This document shows, piece after piece, positions 40,541 to 54,124 of a stretch of 64,000 nt of DNA. Position 1 is the first letter of the stretch; each line of letters begins with the position of its first letter. The position numbers were made by a program, and so were the translations under genes. The notes under the pieces are model-generated. The model had not been told where the DNA came from, searched no databases, and was given only the letters and a program-made list of their open reading frames with translations. The stretch is from Octopus sinensis (Eukaryota), in contig NC_042997.1 in NCBI RefSeq assembly GCF_006345805.1, positions 118,172,001 to 118,236,000 of the forward strand, read 5' to 3'.

Positions 40541-40812
40541 TATATATATATCAGTTTAATACATATACTGAAAGAGGTACATGCTTTTGGTATGATACTT
40601 TACATAAGCGTATTCGTAAAATACGCCATTTTTCTCCAAGCAAAATTTCAGGCTCTCTTTATTTGATACATATTTAAAAACTGGGGCAGTAGGCAGTGGG
40701 AAGTAAGAAAAAAAGAGATGAAAACACGCGTGCACACACAGACAGACAGACAGATACACACACAGATATCGGGCCGGATATACAAGTATGGGTACGTAAG
40801 TATATATCTATC

Positions 40813-40864
<52 letters not shown>

Positions 40865-41393
40865 TGTATGTATATATATTTATATATATATATATATGCG
40901 TGTATTTCTCGTATATATCTATAAATTCAATTACATATGCATGCATACATATCTATATACCATAATTTAGCAGTTTTAAATATATACAATATATATGTAT
41001 CTGATTACATCTATCAATAATGTGCGTGTGAGCTAAACTGTATTTACATATTCATGTGTATATTCCTAAGTATATAATTATATACATACATAGTCATACA
41101 TTCATTTAAAATTAATTTTCAATTAATTTTTTTCAAGTACTGTTGAGCAACAATATATTGACAGATTGGGATTGAATGAATAAAGTTGAATAAAGAATAA
41201 GGAATAAGAGAGAAACCTACTTTATACATAATACATATACATACACGCATACAAACATGCATACATACTTACATACGCACACATACATGCATGCGCACAT
41301 ATATATCTGTAGAGATATATATATATAGGGACATATATATATATATATACATGTGCATCAATATATATATATATATATATATAACATATACAT

Positions 41394-41452
<59 letters not shown>

Positions 41453-42108
41453 TATAGCAAAACTACTGGAGATTACGTATACACACGTGGCAAAATTATG
41501 AGTTGAATATATTTGGGAAAAACAAACATAAAAAGTGGAAGAGAAATGCGTTCGTTTCACATAGTTTAATAACTTTTTATAAAGAAAATTGTTGTTATAT
41601 ATATACATAAATTATCTATTTATATATATATAACAAAATTTGTTTATAAAAAGATTAAACTGTGTGAAACGAACGTATTTCTGTTTCGCTTTTTATGTTT
41701 TCCACATATTTTCAACCTATACACATACACATACACATACACACACGCACATGTATGCGTATACACCTATGTATGTGTATGCATGCATGTATGTATGTAT
41801 GTATGTATGTATGTATGTATGTATGTATGTATGTATGTATGTATGTATGTATGTATGTATGTATGTATGCATGTATGTATGTATGTATGTATGTTTGTGT
41901 GTGTATTTGTACATATATATATATACGATATACGTTGCATGAAAGAATTACATTTCAAATACAATTAAGAAAATGTTTTCTGAAAGGAAGAAAATACATA
42001 CGTACGTACATACATACATACATACATACATACATACATACCTACTACATACATACATACATACATACATACATACATACATACATGCGTGCATACAGAT
42101 ATATATAT

Positions 42109-42139
<31 letters not shown>

Positions 42140-42158
42140 CTGCACATATATATATGCA

Positions 42159-42217
<59 letters not shown>

Positions 42218-42840
42218 TCATACATAGATGTATCTTTACATACTTAAAATGATGAAGTTCCTTGATAGAAAAATTCCTTAAGTGTCGTTAGGAAATATTA
42301 TGTCACATTGCGCTTCGTCTGGATCTTTGGTAGGTAGACATTCCGAATATCAACTTCCAGTTTGAATTTAAAACTGAGAAATGAAGGATCATTCACGCCC
42401 GTTAATCCGAATGAAAGAATATGATATAACAAAATGTACGATTATGTAAAAGAACGATGATATCAAAACCTAAGTGGTTTACTTTCGGTTGTTTGTGAAA
42501 ATATTGAAGAGGAAAGGAAGCAGCTGCTTGGGGCGTAAGAAGTGTGTGATAGAGAAAAAAGTAAAACAAACAAAAAATTTAAAAAAAAACAGGAAATAGT
42601 CTTACACAAACATACTTAATTCAAAACACATTTGCACGCTCAAGAAATATCATACGGTCATACCTCAACATGCTGTGTACACAAATTATCAGAAAATGTT
42701 AGCTGTAATAAATTAGACAACTTACTCACGGGAATGTATACATACTAACTGAAAACCTCAATGCACGAACATAAACACACACACACACGCACACAAACAC
42801 ACAATCACACACACACACAGGTATGCAACACGCACACACG

Positions 42841-42915
<75 letters not shown>

Positions 42916-43079
42916 GCTCTCATACTTTCACTGTCCCATTTTGCTTCTCGTCATCGTTTTCCCGTCTTGCTTTTGCTTTTATGGAACATTTCTTTACGAC
43001 ACGCCTCCCGCTCCAGTCATAACAAACTTTCTATCCTACTCTAAACGTTTACCTCTCCATCTTCCTCCTTAACTCAATC

Positions 43080-44455
43080 CCTCCCTCCAGCCACCTATCC
43101 AGCCAACCAGCCAGCCAGCCAACCAGCCAACTTGTCAGCCAACCAACCAGTCATCCATCCATCCATCCATCCAACCAACCAGCCAGCCATTCATCCATCC
43201 ATCCCACCTCCATGACCATCCAACCAACCAACCATTCCATCCCATCATCCATCCAACCATCCATCCAACCATCCATACATCCATCCATCCATCCATCCTC
43301 CATCCATCCATCCATCCATCCATCCAACCAACCAACAACCATCCATCCATCCTCCCACCATCCATCCATCCATCCATCAATCCATCCAACCACCATCCAA
43401 CACCATACATCCATCCATCCATCCATCCATCCATCAACCAACCAACCATCCATCCATCATCATCCATCCATCCATCCATCCATCCATCCATCCAACCATC
43501 CATCCATCCATCCATCCATCCATCCAACAAACCAACAAGTCATCCATCCATTCATCCATCCATCCATCCATCTAACCAACCAACCAGCCAGTCATCCATC
43601 CATCCATCCATCCATCCATCCATCCATCCATCCAACCAACCATTCAACCATCCATCCATCCATCCATCCATCCATCCATCCAACAAACCAGCCAGTCATC
43701 CATCCATCCATCCATCCATCCATCTAACCATTCATCCATCCATCCATCCATCCATCCATCTATCCATCCATCCAACTAACCAGCCAGACAGTCATCCATC
43801 CATCCATCCATCCATCCATCCAACCAGCCAGTCATCCATCCATCCTTCCATCCATCCATCCAACCAACCAACCAACCATCCATCCATCCATCCATCCATC
43901 CAACCATCCATCCATCCATCCATCCAACCATCCATCCATCCATCCATCCATCCATCCATCAAACCAACAAGTCATCCATCCATTCATCATCCATCCATCC
44001 ATCCATTCCATCTAAAACCAACCAACCAGCCAGTCATCCATCCATCCATCCATCCAACCATCCATCCATCCATCCATCCATCAACCATCCACCATCCATC
44101 CATCCATCCATCCATCCATCCCAACAACCCCATCCATTCATGCCATCCATTCCATCCATCTAACATCCATCTAACCAACCAACCAGCCAGTCATCTCCAT
44201 CCATCCATCCATCCATCCATCCATCCACCAACCAACCATCCACCATCCATCCATCCATCCATCCATCCATCCATCCATCCAACAAACCAGCCAGTCATCC
44301 ATCATCCATCCATACCATTCATTCATCTACCATTCATCCATCCTCCATCCATCATCCATCCATCCATCTATCCATCCATCCAACTAACCAGCCAGACAGT
44401 CATCCATCCATCCATCCATCCATCCATCCATCCATCCATCCATCCATCCATCATT
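43080..44455. repeat. 1.4-kb degenerate (CATC)n/(CAAC)n array
   Basis: Direct reading; internal periodicity of about 600 bp. Confidence 0.95.
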
Positions 44456-44752
44456 CCAGTTCTGCTATGAAACCACTGATTCAGATTTTTTGCCTCACAA
44501 GTGTGAGATATCTCCTTATCCTATACACCACCTATATACATATCTGATAATCTGATAACCACAGCGGGGTTTATAATCTGCTAATCTACCGACGCAAACT
44601 TACGTGGGCGCTCAGAAGCACACAAACACATACAGTCTCCCACATACGCACAGTCACTCACAGACGCACAAAAATACACAAACACAAACACGCACACAGT
44701 TATACGCCCACGCTGTTCTATTTAAACTAGCGCACAGCATGCTATAAACACA

Positions 44753-44796
<44 letters not shown>

Positions 44797-45054
44797 TTAT
44801 GTATATATCCATGTGTGTGTGTGTCTTTCTGTCTGTACATGTCCCCGCGTCCTCACCGCTTGAAAGCCTGTGTTGGTGCGTTTACGTTCACATAACATGG
44901 CGAGTCGGCAAAAGAGTAAGTATAAAGCTTTAAAAAAGTCCCGGGGACGATTTGTTCGGTGAAAACCTTTCAAGGCGATGCCCTAGCATGGCCACAGTCA
45001 AATGACTAAAAGAAGTAAAAGATAAAATATCTGAAAAAATAACATGTATGTGTG

Positions 45055-45101
<47 letters not shown>

Positions 45102-45864
45102 ACCGTGATCACCGTGACCGACCAGGCTATCAGATGTTGCTACACATCGCTGGTCACAATGCGCTTCGCATTGTTTTAGCCTTCAAATGACGCTACCGCG
45201 CTGGCTAAGTGAGAATACCAACAGAAAAAAAAGTGAGAGAAAGTTGTGGCGAAAGAATACAGCAGGGATCGCCACCACCCCCTACCGGAGCCTCGTTGAG
45301 CTTTAGGTTTTTCCGCTCAATAAACACTCACAATGCTCGGTCTGGGAATCGAAACCACGATCCTACGACCGAGAGTCCGCTGCCCTAACCACTGGGCCAT
45401 TGCGCCGCCACACACACACACACACAACACACACACACACACACACACACACAACACACACACACGCACACACGCACGTACACAGACACACACGCAGACA
45501 TACACACACATATGTAGGTATGTAAATAATATTTATATAATTTGATATCACCTAGATAAAAAACTAAAAAAGTATCTTATCAAATCTCTTTTAGAGTTAT
45601 CGGCTACCTTATGCAATGATCTCAAAGCCGCTCACCTGATCACGTGGGAGTACACAAATTTTGCTGGATCATATTTACATAAGATTTATATAATAATACG
45701 TGTAACATGTGAAACATTTAGCAACCTACCGCTGTTGCTAATTGCACCGAAATAATTTCATTCTATTATAAGAGCGCAGAGATATAATAATCATGTCTTC
45801 GATAAGTTTAAGTGAATTTGAATTTCTGTTGATCGTTTCAGTGATTCCGTTAACATATATATAG

Positions 45865-46200
45865 GCCCCCGTGAAATGCATCTCCTACAAAGGTCGAGAT
45901 GACATCATATAAGAACACTGTGAGACTATTTCTTCACTGCAAATGGTCCTACACTTTTCAATGCTATCCCAAAAGAAATTTAAGTAGAAAAAGACCCCAC
46001 AACTTTCAAACGGTACCTGGACAAATTTCTCTAAGAAATACCAGATAAACCACCTACACCTGGATACATTCCAACCAACAACAACTCTCTGCTTGAGTGG
46101 TCCATCGTGTCCCGAAATAATTAACTAAAAGACTCTCCCAGGTGGAGCTACTGAATTAGTCATGGCCTGGGTCGATTATGGCCGAAACCAATCTAAGTTT
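45865..46200 (+). mobile_element. CR1-like LINE 3' end
   Basis: HHIRTL*DYFFTANGPTLFNAIPKEI*VEKDPTTFKRYLDKFL*EIPDKPPTPGYIPTNNNSLLEW, then a short UTR and TA tail. Confidence 0.8.
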
Positions 46201-46463
46201 TATATATATATATGCATGTCTTATGAAAAGAAGAAGTAAACAAAGAAAATTTTTGAAACTTGGATTTTCAACATCAGAAGTATTCTGGCCCTGGTTTGGA
46301 TCCTGAGGGTGTTGACAGCCCAGTATTCGTGTCGAGTGTTTTTCTGGAAATAGCCAATTTCACATGATTTTAGTATATATATATATGATTTTATATATAT
46401 ATATATATATAATAAATATATATTTCTCCATATATACACATATATATATATATCATATATAAT

Positions 46464-46520
<57 letters not shown>

Positions 46521-46530
46521 TATATATATG

Positions 46531-46566
<36 letters not shown>

Positions 46567-46570
46567 TAGT

Positions 46571-46981
46571 AGTATGGGATATTCCATTATCGGAGACAAA
46601 TAGGAAAATGAGAAGAATATAGATTAATTAATGGCATAGAGCATAGAAGTAAAGAAATAAAGAGAGGATGATAGAGAGAAGAAAAAAAAAAGCATAAAAG
46701 TGCACGATTCAACTTTCCAATGTTATAGAAATAAATCCATAAGTCCTTAGGCACAATCCGGCGTAGATCCATGTAGGTTAATCTCCTGATATTGTAAACA
46801 TCCAGAAGAAAAGACGCGAGCATAACTGAATGTGTCATTTTTCTTCTCTCTCTTCATCTCCTTATTTCTTTACTCCTGTCCGCTATGTCGTCATTTCATT
46901 AATCTATGCCCTTCTCATTTTCCCTATTTGTCTCTGATGAATATCCCATACTCTGGGATATCCCAGAAACAGCTGTAAAAC
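46571..46981. mobile_element. Inverted repeat (46571-46690 and 46838-46952) with a hammerhead in the right arm
   Basis: GTCT-CTGATGA-ATATCCCA-TACTC-TGGGATAT-CCCA-GAAAC-AGCT-GTA^AAAC at 46930-46981. Confidence 0.7.
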
Positions 46982-47244
46982 TTTGAATATTTTTCCAATA
47001 ATAATAATGTATATGACTTGAGATGTTTGCCTTGCCTTAACGTTTGTTGTCCTCTTTAACAACATAGTTAAAATCTTGTCCACACATAAAACAGACGCAA
47101 CGCTTAGACAAATTACAGAAGCTACACACATAATAGAAGATAAACCTAGCCTGAATAGGAACTAGAATGGAACACTAGCACACACACCCAACACACACCA
47201 CAACCTTGACAGAATAAGATTATATATATATAATAATATTATAA

Positions 47245-47276
<32 letters not shown>

Positions 47277-47348
47277 TATATATATATGTGTGTATATACA
47301 TATATACATGTATATATATATATGCGCGTGAATATATATATATATATT

Positions 47349-47380
<32 letters not shown>

Positions 47381-47514
47381 ATATATATATATATTATATA
47401 TATATCTATATGTGTATATACATATATATGTGTATATACATATATACATGGTATATATATATGCGCGTGAATCGTCTAAAAGACCATAAATCATGGAAAA
47501 GATGCACTCGTATA

Positions 47515-48040
47515 TCTGTCAATAGAGTGAGTATAGTATCCGAAATATATAGTATTATATAGCCATCACAGCTGATATTACCAATCAGTTTCGCGCAATG
47601 AATACAATGGACTGTTAGATAACAATTCGGTTATATAACTTTATGCTCATCAGATTTAGCCGATATGGAAGGGAATATGGCAACTGCTCTCTATTGACGT
47701 AGGTGAATTAACACAATCCGTCTGCGGCTACATTTGAAAAGGGTGGTGAAATGAAAAAGGGCCAAGAGATTAGGTTAAGAGTTATGCCTCTTGGCTGGGT
47801 ATGCTGTGAGGCCGGTAAGAGTTATCATAAAGCGTTTGTGGAGGAAGTGTGCATTAAGTGTGGTGCTCTTATTGGGATGGGGTATTTGATATTTGTAGTG
47901 GTGTCATGTGCATAATTTTTCGAGGTTGTAGGTATATATGGCTGTGTTCGTTGTCTATTTTCTTCTGTAAAGCTGAAGGTCAGGAAATGGTGAAACTTGA
48001 AGCAGATAATGCTATAAATGTCCTACGGACAACCTTTTAA
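47515..48040 (-). mobile_element. Decayed Penelope-like RT fragment and downstream hammerhead-like motif
   Basis: Minus frames give SSFTIS and SPFPDLQLYRRK*TTNTAIYT, resembling the FLD...T.IY RT thumb. CTGATGAGC...GCGAAAC at about 47652-47588 on the same strand. Confidence 0.45.
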
Positions 48041-48899
48041 TCAAATATTCACGTGCTGTTTTATCTGCTTTGTGTTTAAAAACAAAAATGAAATCAAATA
48101 TAACACGCTCAAAATTACTTCACGGTCTCCCAAGTTTATAGATACTTTACGGCGACAGTAATATGCATACACAGATATACATGCTTATATAGATACATAC
48201 ATACATACATGAATTAATGCGGAACTTAGTGCTCTTGTACTCTATACATTCTCATTTGTATCTATCACCTTGGGTGCGTTAGACTATATATCTACAATTT
48301 ACGCAAATACCTAGAAATATTAAGTTTTTGGAATAAAGAGTAAAAGAAACTGATGTGGATTACCCAAAATCCAATCTATTAACGGTACAGTGAAGTGTAC
48401 ACGTGGATGTGTCAAAGAACAATTTGAGAATGATTTAATCTGATATACCAAGTGAACCCATAGCGTAAGAAATGAAAAAGGGGCAGCTCTGTCTAACTCA
48501 CTACGTCACCAGGGTCGATTCCGGAAACAGGACCGGATGAGAGAACAATCGATTCCGGAGAATGGTCCGGGTACAAACAAGCATTAGCGCTGATGGCGGT
48601 GCCCTAGAATGATCACAACCTCTGGCTGAATCCGATAACAGAATCATAGAATAATAGTAACCTGAAATTAACATTTAGAAATACAAAGATATAAGTGTGC
48701 ATGTGCGTGTGGGTGAGTGTGTGTGGGTGTGTGTGTGTGGGTGAGTGTGTGTGGGTGAGTGTGTGTATGCGAATGTGCGTCTCTTTTTTTAAAGCAAAAA
48801 TATAAACATGCGACAATTCGAAATAGATACGCACGTTGTGATGATGCACACCTTTGGTAGGGTAAACACAGTTTCTGATGTTACGTTGTGCCATACTGA

Positions 48900-49190
48900 A
48901 AGGAACCTGGTCTGGCTTCTGCTCCATGTTGTCCCGTTGGTCACCGTGGTCCTTCTTAGCGGCCGCCATGGGTAACAGTAACCTCGTCAAAGTGTAGCAA
49001 CAACTGACAACTATTGTAAATGATATTTACGGAAAGCACTCATTTTACGGAAGTCGCTCTCGGAAGCCGACATCGAGGCCATGGATGTTTAACTTGGGTG
49101 GAAGGCGAAACATGTGTGCGCATCCAAGCCTGCGAAGTTATAAAGATGAAGAGAGCCGGTCGGACATTTGAAAACGGCTCTGTATTATTG
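48900..49190 (-). promoter_or_regulatory. Candidate promoter and first exon (CpG-rich island)
   Basis: Local CpG cluster, GCGGCCGC, CGGAAG(T/C) at 49048 and 49061, and minus-strand accc-ATGGCGGCC starting MAAAKKDHGDQRDNMEQKPDQ. Confidence 0.4.
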
Positions 49191-51798
49191 ATTTCCAAAT
49201 GTGGATATGTGTGTATAAGTGTGTCTGTCTGTATACGTATGTGTGTATGTGTGTGTGAGTATGTATGTATGTAAGTATGTATCAGTGTGTGAGTATATAT
49301 GAATATGTGTACAGATGCGTGTATGTGTGTGATTGTCCCTCCGATCCCATTATGCATATTCAATTTTCTATTCTCAGTCGGCTCACTCGTACAATGTATG
49401 CATTAAAGGACGTCATTATTGTAATTGAGTTGGTCTATGGAAAAAACAAAGAAACAAAAAAAAAAACGAAAAACAATAAAACAAACAAGCCAACAAACAA
49501 AAACAAAAACAAGATAAAACAAAATAGAGAAGACATTTTCAATGTTTTACTATTCATTCGACACGGCACGAGATCCATTGTTTTGTTGTTGTTATTGTAT
49601 TAGAAATATAAAGACAACCAACAGAATTAGGTTACACATACAGACGACACCAATACACATATATGGTTTCACACATGCGTATGTACACACGCACACACAC
49701 ACATGCATATATATAAGCAAGTTATTTAATAATGAAATTCGAAGTAGATAAAGTAGGAAATACTAGAGCTATAGGTGAATACGCGTGAAATACGGGATTA
49801 AAACTCCGATGAATAGAAAAAGTGGAAGGCTGTACATATACACAAACGTACTTCACCAAATATATGTATATATAATATGTGTGTGTGAGTGTGTGTGTAT
49901 ATATATATATACATACACACCATACATACGCATATATATACATATATACGTACATATATATATAAATATATATATAATATATATATATATAGTATATATA
50001 TATATTACATATACACGCACACACACACATATACACGACGGGCTTCTTTTAGTTCCGTCTACTAAATCCACTCACAACGCTTTGGTTGGTCCGAGGCTTT
50101 AGTAGAAGATATCTACCCAAGTGCCACGCAGTGGGACTGAACCGGGAACCAGTGGTTTGTAAGCAAGCTACTTATCACACATTCACTCCTGCGCCTATGT
50201 ATAGTATATATATATATATATATTAATATATATATATATATATGTATATCATAATGTATATATACGCACGCAACGGACACTTACACATACATCTACAAAC
50301 ATTGAAGCACCATGAAACATGTTCAAGAAAATAAAATGCATACAAATACGTTGTTATGCTCGTAATTGCAACAGACATAGTTCCAAGCCAACGATAACTC
50401 GACCCGCTATAATTAGCAGCCAAATGTCACTAGATCTCACTATCTTAGTCATGGATCGATATATTAATTAATGTATTTCTACGTAATGATTTTAGATTTT
50501 GGCACATGACAGGCATTTTAAGATCGGTGGGGTCGGGTGATAGTCGATTCTACTAGGAGCACAATGCTTACACTTTTGGGTGTAGTGCAGTGCATTACAT
50601 CAACCCTAGTGCTCAACTGGTAACTATTTTATCGACCTCGAAAGGAGGCAAAGTCGACTCTGGTGGAATTTGAACTCAGAACGTTTAGAGACGAAATAAA
50701 TATCGCTAAACGTTTTGCCTAGTGTGCTAACAAATTTTCTTGTTGAAACCAACGAGGGTAGTTAGTTTGACTATTTTTGCCTGCAGCTTAACCAACAAGA
50801 ACAAGAACAACAATTTAAAAGTGCTTATTTATATCTTTTATCTTTTACTCGAGTCATTAGATTGCGACCATGCTGGGGCACCGCGTTGAAGAGGTTTTAG
50901 TCGAATAAATTGAACCCAATACTTATTCTTCGTTAAGTACAGAACTTATTCTGTCGGTCGTTTTTGTTGAACCGCTAGAATACGGAGACGTAAAGGCAAC
51001 TACATTGGTTGTAAAGGGGTGGTGGGAGACAAATAAACACACACAAGGAACATTTAAAGAATCATTTCAGCATTATGTACCAAACAACTTGTAATCCATT
51101 AATTAATCTGAAATTCTAGAATGTTATTAAAATATTTTTTTTTAATGTGTATATGTGTTGCCAAGCTGCAGTGTGGGAAGGATTTTCATTGCCCAACATA
51201 TTGTTGAAGATCAAAATGGATGAAAGTAATGGTGGACTACAGAATATTTGTTCTAAAATTTGATGCAATCTAGTTTATTTACTCCACAAAATTGTCATGC
51301 AAGTTTAGGAGAGAGAACAAAAAAATGAGGTAACTAATTGAAAGGAGAAAGGGGGAGCATAACGGATAAAACAAAAACACACATATATGTATACAACGGG
51401 CTTCCTTTAGTTTCCGTCTACCATATTATCACCACAAGGCTTTGTCTGGACGGAAGCTATAGAAGAAGAAAGCTATTTAAGGTGGCAAGCAGTGGGACTT
51501 AAACTGAAGTCACGTTTTCCTGTTTGCCTCTCTTTTTCCTTCACTCTTTTTTTTTTCACTAATGCTATTTGTAAAAGATAACGTTTGGAATACATATTTC
51601 CATTGAGCCAACCTCTTCTATTCTCTGCATTTCTAATCTGTAATAATGTCAAGGGAGTGTCTGTAACTTGATGTATCTCAAAGAGCATCGATCCTGATGC
51701 ATTGATTTTTTCGTTTGTTTCTCTCGAAGTCGTTTTTATTGTCAGTGATACGTACAATCATTTACTTAACATACATACATGCAGAGAGCGAGAGAGCG

Positions 51799-51829
<31 letters not shown>

Positions 51830-52797
51830 GAGAAAGAGAGAGAGAGAGAAAGAGAAGGGGAGAGGGGAGTAAGAGAAAGAGAGAGACTCGTCTGCTGGTT
51901 TTAATCATAGGACTGCATCCTCTAAGGATTTAGTTGATCACAGACAGATATATATTCCGGGTTGGTACTTAGGTACTTATGTCATCGATCTACATTTATA
52001 TTTAGTTTGACAGACGTGAAACAATAAAAGTTAAATAAAAGACACGGAATAAACATATTATTACTTAAAGGCAATAATCCAAACTGGATGTATTTTAGAA
52101 AACATGAAAAGACTTCACTATATATTCTTTAAGTCTGGTGCTTATCCTGTCGGTTTCTTCTGCTGAAGTGCTGAATTACGGGGACGAAAATAAACCATCA
52201 ACGGTTATTAACGAGTGTTGGGGACGAACACAGACACAAAATCAGAGAGACACGACGAGATTCTCACCGTTTCCGTCTTTCAAATTATTTTACAAGATTT
52301 GGTAGTCGACGACCACAGTGGAAGAAATTTGCCAAAGGGTCGCTCAGCAGGACTGGAACCTGAAAACTCGTGGTTCAAAGCAAGCCTCTTAACCATACGG
52401 CTAAGCCTGTGCTATAGTGATGTGGTCTTCACTGACATTCTATTGTTTGCCTATCTCCTGTTTATTAGGCCTCAGATTCTTTCTAAAACAACGCATCGTC
52501 GTTATTCGTTGTGGAGAAGTTCACCTGGAATCTAAATGACACATTGCTCTCGTTTCCAGCACCGTCAACTTCCTATTTCCATTGAGTGACAACTTTGTGC
52601 ATTTTACATGCATTTCCTGCCCTCGCTGTTGATGTATCTCTGTTTACTTTTTCGCTACGCGATCTATCAATCCATTCAAACTCTCCTCTGCTTTAGTTCC
52701 CGCAAACAGATGAAGTATAGTGCTGGGAGAGAGGTTTGTATGTCTTTGGGGCTACATAAAGTACCAACACACTTCTTTAAAGGCAGCGGTGTACACC

Positions 52798-52897
52798 NNN
52801 NNNNNNNNNNNNNNNNNNNNNNNNNNNNNNNNNNNNNNNNNNNNNNNNNNNNNNNNNNNNNNNNNNNNNNNNNNNNNNNNNNNNNNNNNNNNNNNNN
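52798..52897. other. Assembly gap (100 N) between two copies of about 710 bp
   Basis: 52089-52797 is repeated at 52898-53624, with scattered 1-nt insertions in the second copy. Confidence 0.95.
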
Positions 52898-53827
52898 ATG
52901 TATTTTAGAAAACATGAAAAGACTTCACTATATATTCTTTAAGTCTGGTGCTTATCCTGTCGGTTTTTCTTCTGCTGAAGTGCTGAATTACGGGGACGAA
53001 AATAAACCATCAACGGTTATTAACTAGTGTTGGGGACGAACACAGACACAAAACTCAGAGAGACACGACGAGATTCCTCACCGTTTCCGTCTTTCAAATT
53101 CATTTACAAGACTTTGGTTAGTCGACGACCACAGTGGAAGAAATTTGCCAAAGGTGTCGCTCAGCAGGACTGAACCTGAAACCTCGTGGTTCCAAAGCAA
53201 GCCTCTTAACCATACGGCTAAGCCTGTGCCTATTAGTGATGTGGTCTTCACTGACATTCTATTGTTTGCCTATCTCCTGTTTATTAGCCTCAGATTTTCT
53301 TTCTAAAACAACGCATCGTCGTTATTCGTTTTGGAGAAGTTCACCTGAAATCTAAATGACACATTGCTCTCGTTTCCAGCACCGTCAACTTCATATTCTT
53401 CCATTGAGTGACAACTTTGTGCATTTTACATGCATTTCCTGCCCTCGCTGTTGATGTATCTCTGTTTACTTTTTCCGCTACAGCGATCTATCAATCCATT
53501 CAAACTCTCCTCTGCTTTAGTTCCCGCAAACAGATGAAGTAATAGTGCTGGGAGAGAGGTTTGTATGTCTTTTGGGGGCTTACATAAAGTACCACACACT
53601 TTCTTTAAAGGCAGCGGTGTACCACCTTTCTTCTAGCTCGATACTAGGCAAATTGTTCAAGATAAACAGTCCTTTCTAACGCAGTATTTTCGCTGACTGA
53701 ATCTCATCTATGTCTAAAATTTTCTTCTCCGAAACGATTTTTGCAAAGATGTGTGTTGATGTTTTTATTGCTAAAGATTTGTTCAAATTTGAAACCATTC
53801 TGAATTTTATTTTCCTTATTAGTAAAA

Positions 53828-54124
53828 GTGGAGGCACAATGGCCCAGTGGTTAGGGCAGCGAACTCGCGGTCGGAGGATTGCGGTTTCGATTCCCAAACC
53901 GGGCGTTGTGTGTGTTTATTGAGCGAAAACACCTAAAATCTCCACATGGCTCCGGCAGGGGATGGTGGCGACCCCATGTTGTACTCTTTCGCCACAACCT
54001 TCTCTCACTCTCTCTTCTTGTTTCTTGAGTAACGCTGCGATGGACTGGCGTCCCGTCCAGCTGGGGGGGAACACATATGCCACAGAAACCGGGCCCATGA
54101 GCCTGGCTAGGCTTGAAAAGGGTG
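53828..54124 (+). mobile_element. SINE family C
   Basis: Full head, ctgcgatggactggcgtcccgtccag domain and tail. Other copies at 11463-11752(-), 34797-34990(+), 35290-35488(-), 45098-45408(-, different tail), 18689-18770 (tail only); related element at about 10750-11000(-). Confidence 0.85.

Noticed and set aside
42718-42760. 19-nt microexon on the minus strand (ttttcag...ccc|gtgagt)
   Set aside because: Splice-like signals only; such matches are expected by chance in 64 kb.
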